From: Macrostomum lignano
Taxonomy: Eukaryota
DNA length: 64,000 nucleotides
Direction: 5' to 3'
Assembly (NCBI GenBank): GCA_002269645.1
Contig: NIVC01002292.1
Location: 549 to 64,548 of the forward strand
Below, piece after piece: positions 1-11,275 of this stretch. Numbering within the stretch: the stretch's first letter is position 1; the number at the start of each line of letters is the position of its first letter. The notes beneath the pieces are model-generated. The model saw only the letters and a program-made list of their open reading frames with translations, did no database searches and was not told where the DNA came from. The translations under genes and the position numbers were made by a program.

Positions 1-1947
1 TGCTTGCTGCTTGAGCTTGGTATTGAGACTGAAAACCTAGTTAGAGAAGTTTACTGTTTCTTTGAGTTTTTGGGGGATGTGGATCAAGGCAATTTGAAAT
101 GCTCATTTCTGACTTTGAGGGAATCAAAAAGCTTGCTTTTCTTTGCCCTATTGGCACTTTTGAATTGACTGGGTAAGAAGCATCCTTTGCTAATCCGACT
201 TGTCCGAGCAATTTTGATCCTTCCTCATAAAATGTGGAGGTTAAGCATATTTAGCACATTGAATGACACAGTCACAAAGAAATGCTCAGTTTTAAAACCC
301 AAAACAATCAGGGCATTTATTGTAACACGTTCCTGCCTTCAACTCAAGCAATGGACTGCTGCTACTCTACCAGTCATAACTGGTCTGCTAAACTTATGCA
401 ATAGCACCTACGCATAATACTGCCAAAGACTCAATGACAAGGCAGCTGCTAAGGAGGCATGGCATTCAAAGGAGCTAGCCAAATTGCTCACTCTCAAAGT
501 TCAAGCCGAGAAGCAGGCCAGCAAGGTCATTTCAAGTTTTCAGGAGAAAATTGTCAAAAAAGAAAAGGAGTTAGAGGCTAAGCTTAAGGAGAAGGAGATC
601 ACCCACCAATTGCTATTAAATGTTCAGAGAGCCAAAGAGAAGTGGCAGCATGAAATTGAGATAGTAAGAAAGGAGCTTCACAAAATTCAGTAGCTCAGAT
701 TGAAAGAAGTGGAGCATGTGACCAAAAATGTGATCAAGCGAAAGGCATCTGAACTAGCACTGGCCAGCTTAGAAGCTGCAGGCACAGTGCCAGTACAATT
801 GCTGCCTAAAATCCCAAAGCATTAGTAATTAGCCTTCAATGATAGTGAATCACCGACATGTACATTTAACCTATTTGGCTATATTTATAATGAATCTATT
901 ATCACGCAGAACTGTTCTTTAATGATGCCAACTGTCTGCAACATGGCTTAAATCCATTGCTCTGTTCAAACCTAGATCTCATATTCTGAAGATGGGCTAC
1001 AGTCTATAAATTCAACAGGAGCAGAAAGGTACTGATGATGTGTTATCAGCTATGACTGAAAGTTACATGTATTGTTAGTTTATAGACGAAAATAGTTTCT
1101 TGTATCTTTTTTCTTAAATATTCAGCAAAGGTAGTACTTGTTGCTAAGTAGCCTTTGCCTAGATCTAGACGCGAATGCAATCTAAAGTTTATATTACTAA
1201 ATTCTATTTGTTACTTACTTCACTTACTTAAAATGAAATGCAAATAATATACTCATATTATGTACTTAATTCTTTTCAATCTTAAAATGTTACATTATTT
1301 AGTCTTGTGCTATGTAGGCTATTAAAGTTGAATTTCATGTACTGGCTGGACATTAATTCTGTTTTATTGCTAAGTTAGTAGTAGGTCTTGTCTAACTTCC
1401 TGCTGTTTTTTGTAATCCTTTAAATTTTATTGTTATTTATAAACTAGAATAAAATAAGAAAACTAAAATGCTACAGATATTTTGTTTGTAATCCTTGGTT
1501 GCTGGAATCATTTCTAAAAACAATATAAGTGGTAGACTAAAATTGACTATCAGGTAGTTGTAGTTGCATCAAACATCAACACAGTTTGTATTTTTGCTGA
1601 CATTTTTGTCACAGTGTACCGCATTGAGCTAAGCGCAAAAAATAGAATGGTGTAAAAATCAGTGACCTACTTGCTAGGACCACTGTTGTCACCCCTAGGA
1701 AACAATGTATATTAAATTTCATAGACATGCTTAGCATTGGTATACATCTGCTTAGTGTCAAAATATATTTTAAATTTAGTTTGGGGCATTCTAATATATA
1801 TTCAATATGATTTAAACTATGCCTAGGTTATTATCCATTGTTTTTAGGTATATATATTATAAGTTTTGATTATGACTAGGGCTTTTAAACCCTTTGGTAG
1901 GATTTTTTAATTCTATTTGATATAATCTATTTGCCTAAGTGCTAGGC

Positions 1948-2316
1948 CAGGGGTCCCCAGCCTTGGACCCCTGCGGCAAGCCACATTGACAACTAACTTG
2001 GGATATATAGGCTACATGCTCTTCCCATCTCTCCCTACCCCCAACCCTTTTAACCCCCTAACCCCCACCTCCTTTGCCTTGAACCTTATTGATATTAGCT
2101 AGTATTCCTTCCTATTTTTCACTTCAACTCTTGACTGCATATACATTTGTGCACTAGGAGTGCTAAAATAGCAATCCAAATGAGTTGGAGGCAACATTTT
2201 GAGGGCTGCAGTAAAATCTAGTAATAGACTTGGCTAGCCACATGTAATGCAAACTACTAGAAATTGCCACGGGCTGCACAAAAAAGGCCCCGCGGGCTGC
2301 AGGTTCAGGATCTCTG
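1948..2316. mobile_element. Non-autonomous hAT-type MITE
   Basis: Left end CAGGGGTCCCCAGCC and decayed right end GGTTCAGGATCTCTG, with a perfect 8-bp TSD TGCTAGGC at 1940-1947 and 2317-2324. Confidence 0.8.
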
Positions 2317-2885
2317 TGCTAGGCCTAAATAAAAACATTTTTAAATTCTGAGATAAGAAAGTTCATTGCTAATTGATTTTTACTTTTAGATTCAATGACC
2401 AAAGAGAACAGGCATACTTTATTTGATAGTTTAATTGCTCCATTATAAATCTACTAAAGGCTCTTTCCTCCTATGCAAGTTAAGTTACACCTAATGTATT
2501 TGCTTACATTCAGAAGCAACACTCATTCTTTTTATCAGTTTATCTGCAAGACAACATTGCATTTTCTTATGAAGGACTGTTGTCTATAAGCAAGAACTCA
2601 TACAAGTGCTTGACATTCCATTATCTTAGTTTTCCCTGCTACCATATCTTTAAGTTTTGGGAAACAATGGCTTAGCTTTATTTGATGTACTAGTTCACAT
2701 TGTTAGACTTGTGAAAGTATAAGTAGTGACTTTGACTCATATCTTGATTTAGAGTTGATGGCCACCAGCGACAAGGACTAAAATATATTAATGGCGAATG
2801 CATAGCATTCAATCAAATCTGATAGCTTCTTGGGTCAGCTATTAGCTGATGTTCCTTACCTAAATCTAGAAGCAACTAAACATTA

Positions 2886-3076
2886 AGCTGAGGCTGATTG
2901 CCTGGAGGCAGAGTGTCGAGCTGAGGCTGATTGGCTAGAGGCAGAGTCTTGAGCTGAAGCTGAGCATGTGAAAGTATTTGCCTTGAGCCTTGAGCTGAAG
3001 CTGAGCATCAAGCTGAAGCTGAGCATCAAGCTGAGGCTAAGCACCAAGCTGAGGCTGATTGCCTAGAAGCTGAACC
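2886..3076 (+). pseudogene. Fossil Glu/Ala/Arg-rich coiled-coil ORF destroyed by CpG decay (possibly gag-like)
   Basis: Reads AEADCLEAECRAEADWLEAES*AEAEH...*AEAEHQAEAEHQAEAKHQAEADCLEAE. Each C/W/H/Q/stop is the deamination product of a CGN Arg codon, restoring AEAERR / AEADRLEAE repeats. Confidence 0.7.
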
Positions 3077-3460
3077 TCACACTGAGTCATTTGATCCAAT
3101 GGCAAAACTGTCTTTTCCAAAGCCAATAAAGCAGAGGAGTTGACCAAGTGGCTTGGGTTATACAGTCATTAGCATAAAAATATACATTGAAGGACCACGT
3201 GCCTTTTCAGAATTTTACAATCAATCAAAGCAAAGTAAAACATGAATGTCATACATATTTTAAGAACTATTGACAACATATAATCTGTTGCCAGTGTTTT
3301 TAAAATTACTGTGATGAAATTCTAAAAACATGTTTTTTATTTTAATGTTTGATTTTAAGTATGCTTATCTGGCTATTTGGTGCCTACTTGCTTCTAAAAT
3401 AGTGCAAGGAGCAAATGCACAAGTGAATGACACCCTTTGTAAGCTGCCACCTTAGTTCAT

Positions 3461-3670
3461 CACATGTAAAAAACCCTAAAGCAAAATTGACGCAACTTTG
3501 GGTAAATGGCAGGAGTAACTATTACTGTCTTATTAAGCCAAAATGCCTCATCAGCTACTTAGTACTACTACTTGGGTAATTTTTTGGGTGGGTATTTTTG
3601 CGACTTCCTTGGTTGGCTGCCAAATTGGTCAGTTGGCCAACTCAGCCAACTGTTGTGCATGTATGGGCAT
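3461..3670 (+). repeat. Dispersed repeat, CpG-decayed copy (partner at 49951-50164, opposite strand)
   Basis: Aligns by eye to the reverse complement of 49951-50164 over about 210 bp (shared ACATGTAAAAAACCCTA...CAGCTACTTAGTACTACTAC...ATGTATGGGCAT). Confidence 0.9.
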
Positions 3671-5299
3671 ATATATAAATGTAGGGTCTGATAGAGCTTG
3701 TTCTATAGTTGTATAGAGATAGAACCGATTTCTGATAGAGCTTGTAAAACACCAAAACCCTGTTGGCTGTTACACACATATGCTAGCTTTGGTTCACAAT
3801 GTCAATAATTTACATGTATCTCTTCCATTTAAATGATCGTAAACCAAACTGGATATATAGGATCATCTTTGGATTCTTGGAACTGTGAAATGGATCACTA
3901 TAAACCCCTTTACCTTCTTTTTTCATTTGAACATACAGCTAGTGTTCCTGTTATGATGGATAAATAAAAAGGATTGGAGTGCTTGACTATTGTTTCTTTG
4001 CATTTTGATGAAATAAACAACAATTGTGTATCTTCCTTATCTCTCCAATGGGGATTGTCACTTGGCCTAATTTCAATGATCGTAAACTGAAGGAATGCCA
4101 GTTAAAAATATGCAAAAACATATGATATAAATGTGTGAAATGGCAGTTTATCAAATGTATTTATTAATTAGTGCATTTCAAAATTAGTGGCACTAATTGT
4201 GCTAAATTCAATGTAAAAATAGCGCCCACTATAGTATTAGCGGTTGCTAATTTTTTCTTCTATCAGTTAGCAACAGCGCTAATTAGCAGCACTAAAAATA
4301 AATTTAGCGCTGCCCATCACTGCTGATTACTGATATAAGTAATAAATTCTTTATAGACAGTTAACAGTCATGACAGCTGTCCAAAGGCTAGCTCGGCCTG
4401 GGCCTAGCCGCCTAGGTGGCCCTATAAAATATATATAGATAAAAAATTAAGATAACAAACAAATTAATTAACACAACACAGCCAGCCATTTAAGGCTTAT
4501 TTACACTGACATCAAATGAGCCACCAAATCACACGAACAATGTACAAAGGAATCAACTCTGATGCACAAGATTTGTGATCAGCCACACTTAACACCATTA
4601 ACACTAACAGCTCGATCGAGAACGAGCCAGATTTAATAATTAGACTTTGGTCCGGTCGGTCGGCTCCGCGCGGAATTTGTTAGCTTTCTATCATTCAATT
4701 TTTTTGCACAGCGTTAATCTTTTTAAAAATAGCCTAGTAATTATTTTGAAATACTATATTTATAACTAATGAAATTAATTTATATATTCTCTGAATATCC
4801 GCTTTAATTTTTGAACAGTACTTTTGTTTTAACCACAGACCACCCGTATAAGTCAAGTTTTTAAAACAACCTACAATATTTTCCAGAACTCTTGTATATG
4901 GAGCCCCCCACCTTTTAGCATGTGCCCTTTTAGAATTTTAAACAAGTGTTGTGGTTTTGGACTTTGGCTTTTCTGAGTCTTGGGAGCTAATGCTTCAAGC
5001 TGGAGCGACGAGAGGGCACAGTTGCTATTCACACCCTAGAGATCAATGTAGTACATGTATAAGAATAAAGAATTTACAAGTGGCCAATGGGTATGGGTAT
5101 GCACATAGCCTGTGCTCCCTTCCTCAAGCGGCAAGCCTTCCTTCCTTTCTTTTTCTACCCCACCCCCCATCACCGCACGCTTGCATGGTTTTATAGGCCC
5201 CACTGTCACCATCAATGAGGTGTGGAATATAATTTATCAATCTCATTCCACTACAGTTTTTATCTAATGTACCTAAGCCCAGCTCTTAGTGTTTGCCCT

Positions 5300-8200
5300 T
5301 TTACTTTATGGCGTCTCTGATCGACATTCTGAGTCTCCCGCAATCCCAAGATTTAAACTTCTTCTTCTTCCATGCAATTCCCAGCACGTCTGGGCTAGCG
5401 CGACGGCGCGAATAAAGATGGGGGCCAACGCCCCATGGCACGGAGAAGTGCGAAGACTTTGGGCGACGGAGGGTCCAGCGGGTCGGCGTACCGTCCCCCT
5501 GTGGACAGAGCCGGAGTAGATGCTCGACAGTGTCAGCCCGAGACGGCACCGGTGGCGCCGCAGAGCAGGCTGACCCCAGCACGGAGTTGGTTAAGCGCCA
5601 CAACTTCGGCGCGGTTACCGCAAGGGGGCGGCTTCAGCGCCGGGCCCAGAACGCGGGCATCGAGGTCACGGCGGTCGCGACGGATGGCAGTGCGAGCGGG
5701 GCGAGGTTAATCGGGGCGTCGTGCTGCGGGAGCGAGGCGGCCTCGGCAGCGGCGGTGTCGGCGGCCTCGTTCCCCTCCAGGCCCGCGCAATCAGGAACCC
5801 AAACGAACTGGATCTTAGAGCTCCTGGCGAGGTCAGCGATGGCATGCCAACAGGCGGAGCCCAGCGTAGTGCGCTGCTCAATGGGCCCCCGTTCGAGCGT
5901 GGTGAGGGTGCTAGCTGAGGCTGTCGGTGAGGATGGCGAGGCTGCTGGGCCGATGGGCCGCGTTGCGGCAGTGATCGAGGGCGGCGGAGATGGCAACCAG
6001 CTCGGCGGTGAAGCTGCAGCAGTGTGCTCCGGCCGGACGGCGGATGACGGTACGGATGCCGTCCTGGTCGATGACAGCCGCGCCCCCGCCGTTGCGAGTC
6101 CCTCCAGCCGCCGAGCCGTCAGTCTAGGCGACCGCAGTGCAGGTGAGAGCCCTGGCGATGGCGTCGGTCGCGGCAGAGGCCCGATCAGTGGTGGGGGCGT
6201 TGCGACGCACGGTGCGGGCAGTCAGATCAAAGGCGACGTCCGGGTTGCCGTACACGTCCCAAGGGCTGGGCGCTGTTCGCGCTCGCGGCGACGTGTTGGA
6301 GGTCAACTGCAATGGAGAGCTCGGAGGCATCTCTTCTCCAGTAGCCCCTGAACTGGCACGAGCGGTCGAGGTCCAGCCTGACAAAGTCGGCGTCCTCGGC
6401 ATAAGCAGCAGCCTCGGCAGGCCGGAAATGGGGCTCGTCGTGGATGCGGTTTTTTAGCCTGGGTCAGCAGGTTTGTGACAGGGTCTTGAAAGCTGGGCAG
6501 TGGGGCGGAGCCTGGCGATCCGCTCTGCGAGGTTAGCCGCGCGCTCGATAGTGACGGTGCTGATGGGCGGCAGTCCCGCGAGGCGGACGGAGATGTGATT
6601 CGGCGTGGTGTTGCAGCAGCCCGTAATGAGGCGAGCGCAAATGGATTGCAGTTGCTTGATAGAACGCTTGGTAGACGGTGCGGCGCCGTTGAGCCAGATG
6701 GCACTGCCGTAGTCGGCGCAGGCGCGGACCGTGGCGATGTAGGCGGTGCGGAGGACCCTCTGGTCGGCCCCGGAGCCGGTGGGCAATGGCTACCAAGGCG
6801 GCGCGACGGACCGCCATGCGGCGTCTGACTTCGGCACCGTACTGCGCGAAATTCAGCTGACCGTCCATGGTAACGCCAAGTAGCCGCGGGTTCGGGTTGA
6901 AACTGAGGTCCCGGCCTTCAATGTTGAGGTTAAGTCGGGCTTTCCCGTTGGAGGATGTTGGCACATTCAGACAGTTTTCGATGCGTGGCAATGAGGCTGT
7001 TATCGTCGGCGTGAAGGTTGATCGCGCACAGAGGACTGGCGAGGCCAACTGCCGCCCGGAGGTCATTAATGTAGAGAAGCCACCAGAGGGGGGGGGCAGG
7101 ACGCTGACTTGGCGAAGGCCGTCTTGGACGACCCGCTCCCTGCTGAGGCTGCCGACCCATCTGACGGAGGCGCGACGGTCGCGAAGAAAACGGTAGATCC
7201 ACAGGGTGAACCGCGGGGGGACCCCGCATTGCGGATCTTAAGACAGAGAGCGCGAATCCAGACCCTGTTATAGGCCCTCTTAAAGTCGAGAAGAGTCATA
7301 GCGGATCGGAGGCTCTCCAGGCCGTCGAAGATGCTCTGGCAGACATGAGCAAGGACCTCCTCGGTGCTGCGCCCGGCTCTGAAGCCCGCCTGTTCGGGCG
7401 TGAGAATGCTGTTCTATTCGAGCCAGGCGCTAAGACGTTGCTGGACCAGGCGTTTCGCGGTTTTAGCAATGCAGCTGTTTAAAGCAATCGGACGTAAGGA
7501 GGTGGGTAGCGAATGGTCATTGCCCTTCTTAGGGATAGGGACGATGGTGGCGCGCCGCCACCCGGCCTGGATCGCGCTGCCTCTCCAGACATCGTTCAAG
7601 AGATCTAGGAGACGTTGCTCCGCGGCGGCGGGGAGGTGCTTAAGCATTTCATTTGCGACGCCATCGGCGGCTTTCCCGGATTTGAGACGGCGGAGGGCGG
7701 TCCTAAGTTCGCCGGTGCAGAAGTCGCGTTTGACCGGGGAGTCCTGGGCCGCCCTGCGGTAAATTTTGAGGTAGCAGTTGGCTTCCGCGCGGACTCGCCC
7801 ATCGTTCTCGCCGTGCTCGAGTCTGGATTCCGAAGCATAGATGCCCGCGAAGAGGTTGGATTTTTCGCGATCGGTGACGGCGATGCGCGTGCGTCCAGAG
7901 CCGGTGATTTACGTGATGGCGGCGCTCGATCGGGCCGCGGGGCCGTCGCCACGGATGTTGCGCAATATGCGGAAAATGTCGGAGTTGAGGTCGAGGTCAT
8001 TGCAGGTCTGATCCCAGAACCTGCGCTCAAGGACTACTTAAGTGTTCTTAAGTAGTCCTTGGCTGCGCTTAGCTTCGTATATTGTCTTGCGAAGCGTACC
8101 GCGTGCTTGTCCGAAGAGCTCAAGGTTGCTATCCAAAGGGGTGTTAGCGACGTTCTTGCGGGCTTCGCGGCAGTTCTTTTAAGCGGTGTCGCACTCTTCA

Positions 8201-9385
8201 TTCCAGAAGGATTTCTGCGCGCCAGGTCTGCACCCCCTCGGGATGGAGGTGTCAGCGGCGCGCAGGATGTCCGCGCACAGGAGGTTATAGGCGCGGTCGC
8301 TACTGCGGCGACAGTGTGGGTGCTGCTCGCAGGTCCTCTGGAGCGATTTATTTGAAACTCTCCCAGTCGGCTCTCTTGAAAGACCAGCGAGGGCGCTGGG
8401 CTGGGGGTCCTCCGACGCTTCCTGACGGTAAAGCAGATCGGCAGGTGGTCGGAGCCGAGGTCCTCGTCGACGTGCCAGGAGGAGCGCACGGACACGGTAG
8501 GAGGGCCGCGGATCCAGGTCGAGTCCGGGGCGGACTTGCCGCCGGTGCTAGGGTTAATGCGGGTGGCGACGGCCGGTTTGTTGGCGAGGGACAGTTGCCA
8601 GCCCGCGGCCCATTCCTCCAGGGTGGCGCCGCCATCGTCGCTGGGCGCGTCCGCATCCCAACTGCCATGCGCGTTGAAGTCCCCGCCAATTATACAAACT
8701 TGAAACCGGGATTTCGTTGAAGTCCGGGGCCCACGTCTCCCCGGGCCGCTGGCTGCTGGTGGGTGGGGCATGCACACTGGCCAGCCCGACGTTACCCACG
8801 TACCCACGGGCCGTGCACGTGGCGAGGTGGAGCCGCGGGGTTGCTGGAGGCGATGTCTTCACGAAGGAGAATGAGCACGCCGCCGCGTGCTGTCGGGGGG
8901 CGGCAGCTCGCCGGGTAGGCTTCCTGAGCTGTGGGCCGGGGAGCCGCGGGCGAGGCGGGACGGTCAGTCTGCGCAGTGCCAGTCGGGACGTTGGTCCTCG
9001 CGTCCGTATCAGCACAGCAGGGCGCAGTAGAGGGCGCTCCAGCAGCGACTGCTGCGCAGCCCGGAGCATCTGAGGTGCAGCCAGCCGGAGCAGCCGTTGC
9101 AGAACACCGCCACAAACCGCTTGAAGTTGATGATTTCTCCACAACAGCTGCAGGTCCAGGTGCTGCAGGTTGAGTGTCATCCTGCTGGCTTTTGCCGGGG
9201 TATTGTGTCGGGCCGGCCTTGCTTCGGGCCTTTTGGATAACGCCGCGCTCGACCCCGTGCCAAGGCTCATCACGCATAGAACAGGCTGTGCGAGAGGACC
9301 GGCATCCTGGACACCAGGCGCCGCGGTCGTCGGGCCAGCGGAGCCGGCAGCGGGGGCGTTTGACGGTCCGAGTCCGGGCTCAAGA
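5300..9385 (-). mobile_element. Non-LTR retrotransposon (I-group/Ingi-like: PHD, APE endonuclease, RT, RNase H, C-terminal CCHC-like), multiply frameshifted and probably 5'-truncated
   Basis: Minus-strand motifs in order: PHD (WTCSCC...CNGCSGWLHLRC, about 9160-9010); APE (GGVLILLR, GGDFNAH, LGSDHLPI); RT (WRRATIVPIPKKG, LRPIALNSC, LLDFKRAYNRVW, LYINDL, HADD, RLLGV); RNase H (TDGS, SFTAELVAI, ILTDS, WVP..AGLEGNEAAD); DTVEHLLRLCP. Confidence 0.93.
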
Positions 9386-10464
9386 CTTAATAAGACTTAA
9401 ACTGCTGCTGGCGCTGCAACCAAAATCACTAAAATGCCGTCAGCTAAAAGAATAAAGAGACAGCGCCAAGAGGAACTGAAGGAGGCAGCCAAGTGATCCA
9501 GAAAATTAACTGATTGGTCTTGCCTAGGGAATACGAGTACAAAATCCCGAGTCTTTTTTGATCCCGGGATTCTCCGGATCGGGATATCCCGACGAACTGG
9601 GCCGGGATCCTGGGATCCCGGGATTGAAAAAGTTTATAATCTTTGTTGGTGCAATTTTGGCTTACGAAAGCCATCTAACCTGATTTTAAAGGGCTTTCAA
9701 TAATAAAATATAAAAGAACAGAATAAAATATTTTGTAAGTAAGAAACTTGCAAGAAACTTGCAACTTCGAGTGTATTGTACGGGCTTTAGAATAATAATT
9801 ATATTAGTCTGCAAGTACCATATGCATACAGCTGCACGCACATAATTACACCTGAAATCTCCATATGCTTAAAAGATTAATAAACCAAAGCAGGACAACT
9901 GGGTTTTCACCTGACAGTAGCTCAGCTGCAGATACTACTGCTCGAGATTCGAGAATGAATGATTGAATTATTGCGAAGCGGGATCGGGATCCCGATGGTC
10001 AATGCCGGGATTATTGAATCCTAGACAATTGTGATCCTGGGATTTGGGGGCTTTAGGCCTAATCGAGTCGCGCAATGTTTGAGTCAGTTGAAAATTCGAG
10101 CGTTTTCAGACTTTTGACCACTTCCAACACATAATTGAAATTGAACTAATGGCCTGGTTGTCACAATGTCACAACCTGACATAACATCAGGAGTTTAGGG
10201 TGCCCTTATATTACAAAAATGTATGTGCAATGTGCCCAGCTCCCACCAATAGCCCCCCCCCCCACTTTGAAATATGTTCCGACACCGCTGTACATCACCT
10301 ACCCCCACGAAATAACACTAGCAATATGCAATAGAACGTATGGAAAAACAAGAACTGTCGATTATTCTATAAAATATTCTTGGCTCTACTTATTGATTTT
10401 TCGCAATTTGGTTTTGACCTGCGCTCTCTTTCGGGACTCCTTGGAACAGAAGTTGAAAGAAGTT

Positions 10465-11275
10465 CATTCGCGCGAGCTCATCAACACCAAAGACAACACA
10501 CAAATCTATCAGCATGGACAGCCGCTACCCATGTCCCACTCACCAATCCATTCGCGCGAGCTCATCAACACCAAAGACAACACAAATCTATCAGCATGGA
10601 CGGCCGCTACCCATGTCCCACTCACCAATCCATTCGCGCGAGCTCATCAACACCAAAGACAACACAAATCTATCAGCATGGACGGCCGCTACCCATGTCC
10701 CACTCACCAATCCATTCGCGCGAGCTCATCAACACCAAAGACAACACACAAATCTATCAGCATGGACAGCCGCTACCCATGTCCCACTCACCAATCCATT
10801 CGCGCGAGCTCATCAACACCAAAGACAACACAAATCTATCAGCATGGACAGCCGCTACCCATGTCCCACTCACCAATCCATTCGCGCGAGCTCATCAACA
10901 CCAAAGACAACACACAAATCTATCAGCATGGACAGCCGCTACCCATGTCCCACTCACCAATCCATTCGCGCGAGCTCATCAACACCAAAGACAACACAAA
11001 TCTATCAGCATGGACAGCCGCTACCCATGTCCCACTCACCAATCCATTCGCGCGAGCTCATCAACACCAAAGACAACACAAATCTATCAGCATGGACAGC
11101 CGCTACCCATGTCCCACTCACCAATCCATTCGCGCGAGCTCATCAACACCAAAGACAACACAAATCTATCAGCATGGACAGCCGCTACCCATGTCCCACT
11201 CACCAATCCATTCGCGCGAGCTCATCAACACCAAAGACAGCACACAAATCTATCAGCATGGACAGCCGCTACCCA
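10465..11275 (+). repeat. Tandem array of about 10 units of 82/84 bp
   Basis: CATTCGCGCGAG recurs at 10465, 10549, 10631, 10713, 10797, 10879, 10963, 11045, 11127 and 11209. Units differ mainly by a CA indel. Confidence 0.97.

Larger units (their letters stand above)
1..4600. other. CpG-depleted, AT/TpA-rich block of decayed repeats and coding remnants
   Basis: About 30 CpG counted by eye in 4.6 kb, versus abundant CpG from about 4610 onward and in the LINE at 5300-9385. Contains decayed MITEs and a fossil ORF. Confidence 0.8.

Noticed and set aside
9170-9400. Viral-type 2A peptide upstream of the LINE PHD/APE, as in some Ingi/CR1 elements
   Set aside because: No D(V/I)ExNPGP in any frame. 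Only EPGLGP occurs at the truncated end, which is insufficient.
5530-9455. Many plus-strand ORFs over the LINE
   Set aside because: They are antisense shadows of GC-rich minus-strand coding sequence.
10465-11275. Regularly spaced repeats resembling a CRISPR array (also 38180-39565 and 47027-47873)
   Set aside because: Whole units are repeated with no unique spacers, there are no cas genes, and the context is eukaryotic.
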